Part shown: piece by piece, positions 62,911-64,000 of the stretch
Layout: each line of letters starts with the position of its first letter
Numbering within the stretch: position 1 is the first letter of the stretch
Origin: Pseudovirgaria hyperparasitica
Taxonomy: Eukaryota
Length of the DNA: 64,000 bases
NCBI GenBank assembly: GCA_010093815.1
Contig: ML996571.1
Direction: 5' to 3' (one strand)
Position numbers and translations under genes: made by a program
Notes under the pieces: model-generated
What the model was told of the DNA's origin: nothing
Databases searched by the model: none
The model's input: only the letters and a program-made list of their open reading frames with translations

Positions 62911-64000
62911 TAGCATCAAGAGAAATCCTTTATACCGGAGCGCCAGGCAGTAACACAGAAAAGAAGCACTCCACAAACTATTTAGATTATTTTCCTTATC
63001 AGTATAATGTATGTTCTTATCGTACACTTATAAGAAATAGTATACCCGACCATTACTACTTAGAATTAGAGTTGTACATGAGTATGATATTCTTCTAGGT
63101 TAATGGTATTGATTCTTGAGGTAGCTGTATGAGACCTGTGCATATTCAGAGCTGCTCTCTTCTTATAGATGATATAGTAGAGTGACTTAGGGTTCCTAAT
63201 TCTTAGTCGATACAATATAATATAACAATGTCCCATAGTCATATTATAACACAGTTGAGGCTAGCAGCCAGCCAATTGTGCAACGATGGATTGCGTGTAA
63301 ATGGAAGGGAATATCATTGTTATGACGGTTCTGGTGCACGGATGCGGAGCGTTGTTGCTCCCTGGGACCTTGTTGCGGACATATATGATAATATATAGCT
63401 TCAGATACAAACAAAAGGTAGGCTGTATGTATCGTGTCGTCGTATATGCCCTTGGTCCGAACTACAAATACTTCTCACAGATCCCTGATATACCCCGTCT
63501 GATAACTTCCATACTAATCCCCTTCCAGCCATAAATCCACTCCCCTCCCTCCTTGAATACCATCTCTCCCTCACCAAAGCCAGTCAGCCCTGCACAATGA
63601 CGTTACAAACATACAGCCGGCCTCTTCCCACACTCACAGATATCACATACAGCGTGGCATACCGTTGCCGCCTCTCCATCGGGTCCAAATATCCACATGA
63701 CCGAATCACGATATCGTATTGGAAGCATAGCGTGCACGCATGGGTGCAAACCTACAGTGCAGCATAAGTGCATGGTGAGCTGGGGTGGCTGCCTAGAACA
63801 AGAACAGAGATCTCTCGGTTGACTGCTGTTAAGTGGGTTCAGCAGCGAACGTGGGATGGCTTGGAGAGGTGATACAGACGAGTGCCGGAGGGTGGTGGAT
63901 GATGGACGTGCATGCTCGTCCGTGGTAGAGGGCGAGTATGAGGACAAGTGTTCGTGAGGGTTTATATTGATGCTGAACCAAAATTTGCGGTATGTGTATG

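Noticed and set aside
63301..63947. Short ORFs at the window end
   Set aside because: No recognisable motifs or splice structure; cannot be supported.
24400..64000. Starship giant element
   Set aside because: No recognisable DUF3435 tyrosine-recombinase captain or boundary. The large block is fully explained by a hAT with nested retroelements.

Overview
Fungal (filamentous ascomycete) genomic DNA: GT-AG introns with CTAAC/CTGAC branch points and heavy RIP-type C>T/G>A erosion of repeats. 1-2015 is a RIP-degraded block: the 3' end of a Ty3/gypsy element inside a TIR transposon relic. 2.5-24.3 kb is gene-rich: a BTB-like protein, a MITE, mitochondrial seryl-tRNA synthetase, a 1318-aa orphan with an RFC1-type BRCT, DGK1, SPB4, an orphan and a DHA2 MFS pump. 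Degenerate genes lie at about 19-22 kb and 25-29.4 kb. 29434-61508 is a nest of transposons whose boundaries all resolve. A hAT element (8-bp TSD) contains gypsy family B (5-bp TSD). B contains two copies of gypsy family C and a Tad-like LINE, and C1 carries a 140-bp solo LTR. A secreted, apparently catalytically dead M35-like protein follows. Main finding: both chromovirus families (B and C, unrelated LTRs) carry, between pol and the 3' LTR, an antisense intron-containing gene. It encodes an expanded Zn2Cys6-like cysteine cluster plus a C-terminal coiled coil, with the same intron phases (0/2/0) and the first intron at the same codon. Protein readings inside TEs are manual de-RIP reconstructions, not database results.
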